Part shown: positions 63,382 to 64,000 of the stretch, in pieces
Position numbering within the stretch: the stretch's first letter is position 1
How the letters are laid out: each line of letters opens with the position of its first letter
DNA from: the human T2T-CHM13v2.0 reference genome, Homo sapiens
Length of the DNA: 64,000 nt
Strand: one strand, 5' to 3'
Assembly: GCF_009914755.1 (NCBI RefSeq)
Contig: NC_060932.1
Notes under the pieces: model-generated
Told to the model about the DNA's origin: nothing
What the model saw: the letters and a program-made list of their open reading frames with translations, nothing else
Database searches by the model: none
Program-made: the position numbers and the translations under genes

Positions 63382-64000
63382 TTACATGTAAAAATTAGAC
63401 AGCAGCATTCTCAGAAACTTCTTTGTGGTGTCTGCATTCAAGTCACAGAATTGAACATCCCCTCACATAGAGCAGTTGTGCAGCACTCTATTTGTAGTAT
63501 CTGGAAGTGGACATTTGGAGGGCTTTGTAGCCTATCTGGAAAAAGGAAATATCTTCCCATGAATGCGAGATAGAAGTAATCTCAGAAAGATGTTTATGCT
63601 GTATCTACTCAACTAACTGTGCTGAACATTTCTATTGATAGAGCAGTTTTGAGACACTCTTCTTTTGGAATCTGCAAGTGGATATTTGGATAGATTTGAG
63701 GATTTCGTTGGAAACGGGATTATATATAAAAAGTAGACAGCAGCATTCTCAGAAACTTCTTTGTGATGTTTGCATCCAGCTCTCAGAGTTGAACATTCCC
63801 TTTCATAGAGTAGGTTTGAAACCCTCTTTTTATAGTGTCTGGAAGCGGGCATTTGGAGCGCTTTCAGGCCTATGCTGAAAAAGGAAATATCTACCTATAG
63901 AAACTAGACAGAAGCATTCTGAGAATCACGTTTGTGATGTGGGTACTCAACTAACAGTGTTGATCCATTCTTTTGATACAGCAGTTTTGAACCACACTTT

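Larger units (their letters stand above)
41627..63576 (+). repeat. Right domain: 10 7-mers, 5 11-mers and one 4-mer
   Basis: Monomer C starts at 41627, 42820, 44013, 45881, 47749, 48429, 49622, 50815, 52008, 53201, 54394, 55587, 57455, 59323, 60516, 61709, 63577. 10x1193+5x1868+680=21950 bp, exactly the span. Confidence 0.95.
1..64000 (+). repeat. Centromeric alpha-satellite higher-order repeat array (~376 monomers of ~171 bp, one orientation)
   Basis: Seen: canonical alphoid motifs (CATTCTCAGAAACTT, GAGGATTTCGTTGGAAACGGGA, GAAAAAGGAAATATCTT, AGACAGAAG) recur every ~167-172 bp with no interruption. Near-identical ORFs recur at fixed 1193, 1356, 1868 and 2549 bp spacings. Confidence 0.99.
1..64000 (+). 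repeat. D8Z2: Probable identity: human chromosome 8 active array D8Z2 (S2C8H1L, suprachromosomal family 2)
   Basis: Inference from recalled knowledge: D8Z2 is described as a mix of 4-, 7-, 8- and 11-monomer HORs, with ~1.2, 1.87 and 2.5 kb units. All of these sizes occur here. Other SF2 arrays with 7/11-mers (D9Z4, D13Z1/D21Z1) cannot be excluded without alignment. Confidence 0.75.

Noticed and set aside
349-63576. Order of 7/8/11 units as an information-bearing code
   Set aside because: Nested duplications, supported by shared SNPs, explain the order. Nothing suggests it is read as information.
37-63878. About 190 short ORFs (63-112 aa) on both strands, such as MSSTNGLEPF..., MPASRHYKK... 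and MDIWI...
   Set aside because: They are translations of alpha-satellite monomers. Many start at non-ATG codons, overlap on opposite strands, resemble no protein family I recognise, and appear or vanish with single SNPs. I used them only as positional markers.
131-64000. Regularly spaced conserved ~21-bp motif GAGGATTTCGTTGGAAACGGG resembling CRISPR direct repeats
   Set aside because: It is the CENP-B box region. The intervening sequences are ~150-320 bp, are themselves repeated and homologous, and no cas genes are present.
1-64000. Possible L1/Alu insertion, inversion or non-satellite island
   Set aside because: Unit lengths sum exactly from 349 to 63577, leaving no unexplained sequence. 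All boxes read on the + strand, and there is no poly-A tail or target-site duplication.
1-64000. Alternative assignment to D13Z1/D21Z1 or D9Z4
   Set aside because: Not strictly excluded, but the joint presence of 11-, 8-, 7-, 4- and 15-mers fits D8Z2 best as I recall it. HumAS-HMMER or alignment to T2T-CHM13 would settle it.

Overview
The whole 64 kb window is one uninterrupted, single-orientation array of human-type centromeric alpha satellite, about 376 monomers of ~171 bp. It is a highly homogeneous higher-order repeat (HOR) with CENP-B boxes in roughly every other monomer. I see no genes, RNAs, transposons or inversions, and all listed ORFs are by-products of the repeat. Eleven monomer types (my labels A-K) form an 11-mer of 1868 bp. 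Deletion derivatives are a 7-mer (C-D-E-F-G-H-I/B, 1193 or 1194 bp), an 8-mer (C-D'-E/H-I-J-K-A-B, 1356 bp), a composite 15-mer (7+8, 2549 or 2550 bp) and one 4-mer (680 bp). That set of sizes best fits the chromosome 8 live array D8Z2 (SF2); this is recalled from the literature, not aligned. Read from monomer C at position 349, the unit order is 7' 8 8 7 8 7 8 | 7' 8 8 7 8 | 7' 8 8 7 8 7 8 | 7' 8 8 7 8 7 8 8 8 7 8 7' 8 || 7 7 11 11 4 7 7 7 7 7 7 11 11 7 7 11, and the unit lengths sum exactly to position 63577. The notable signals are a sharp domain boundary at ~41.6 kb, a 9004-bp (53-monomer) super-period with a very recent tandem duplication, an amplified CENP-B-box-defective HOR subtype, an independently derived 4-mer, and variants that look like micro-conversion between monomers. 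I found no evidence of a new protein-coding system; the interest here is centromere structure and evolution.
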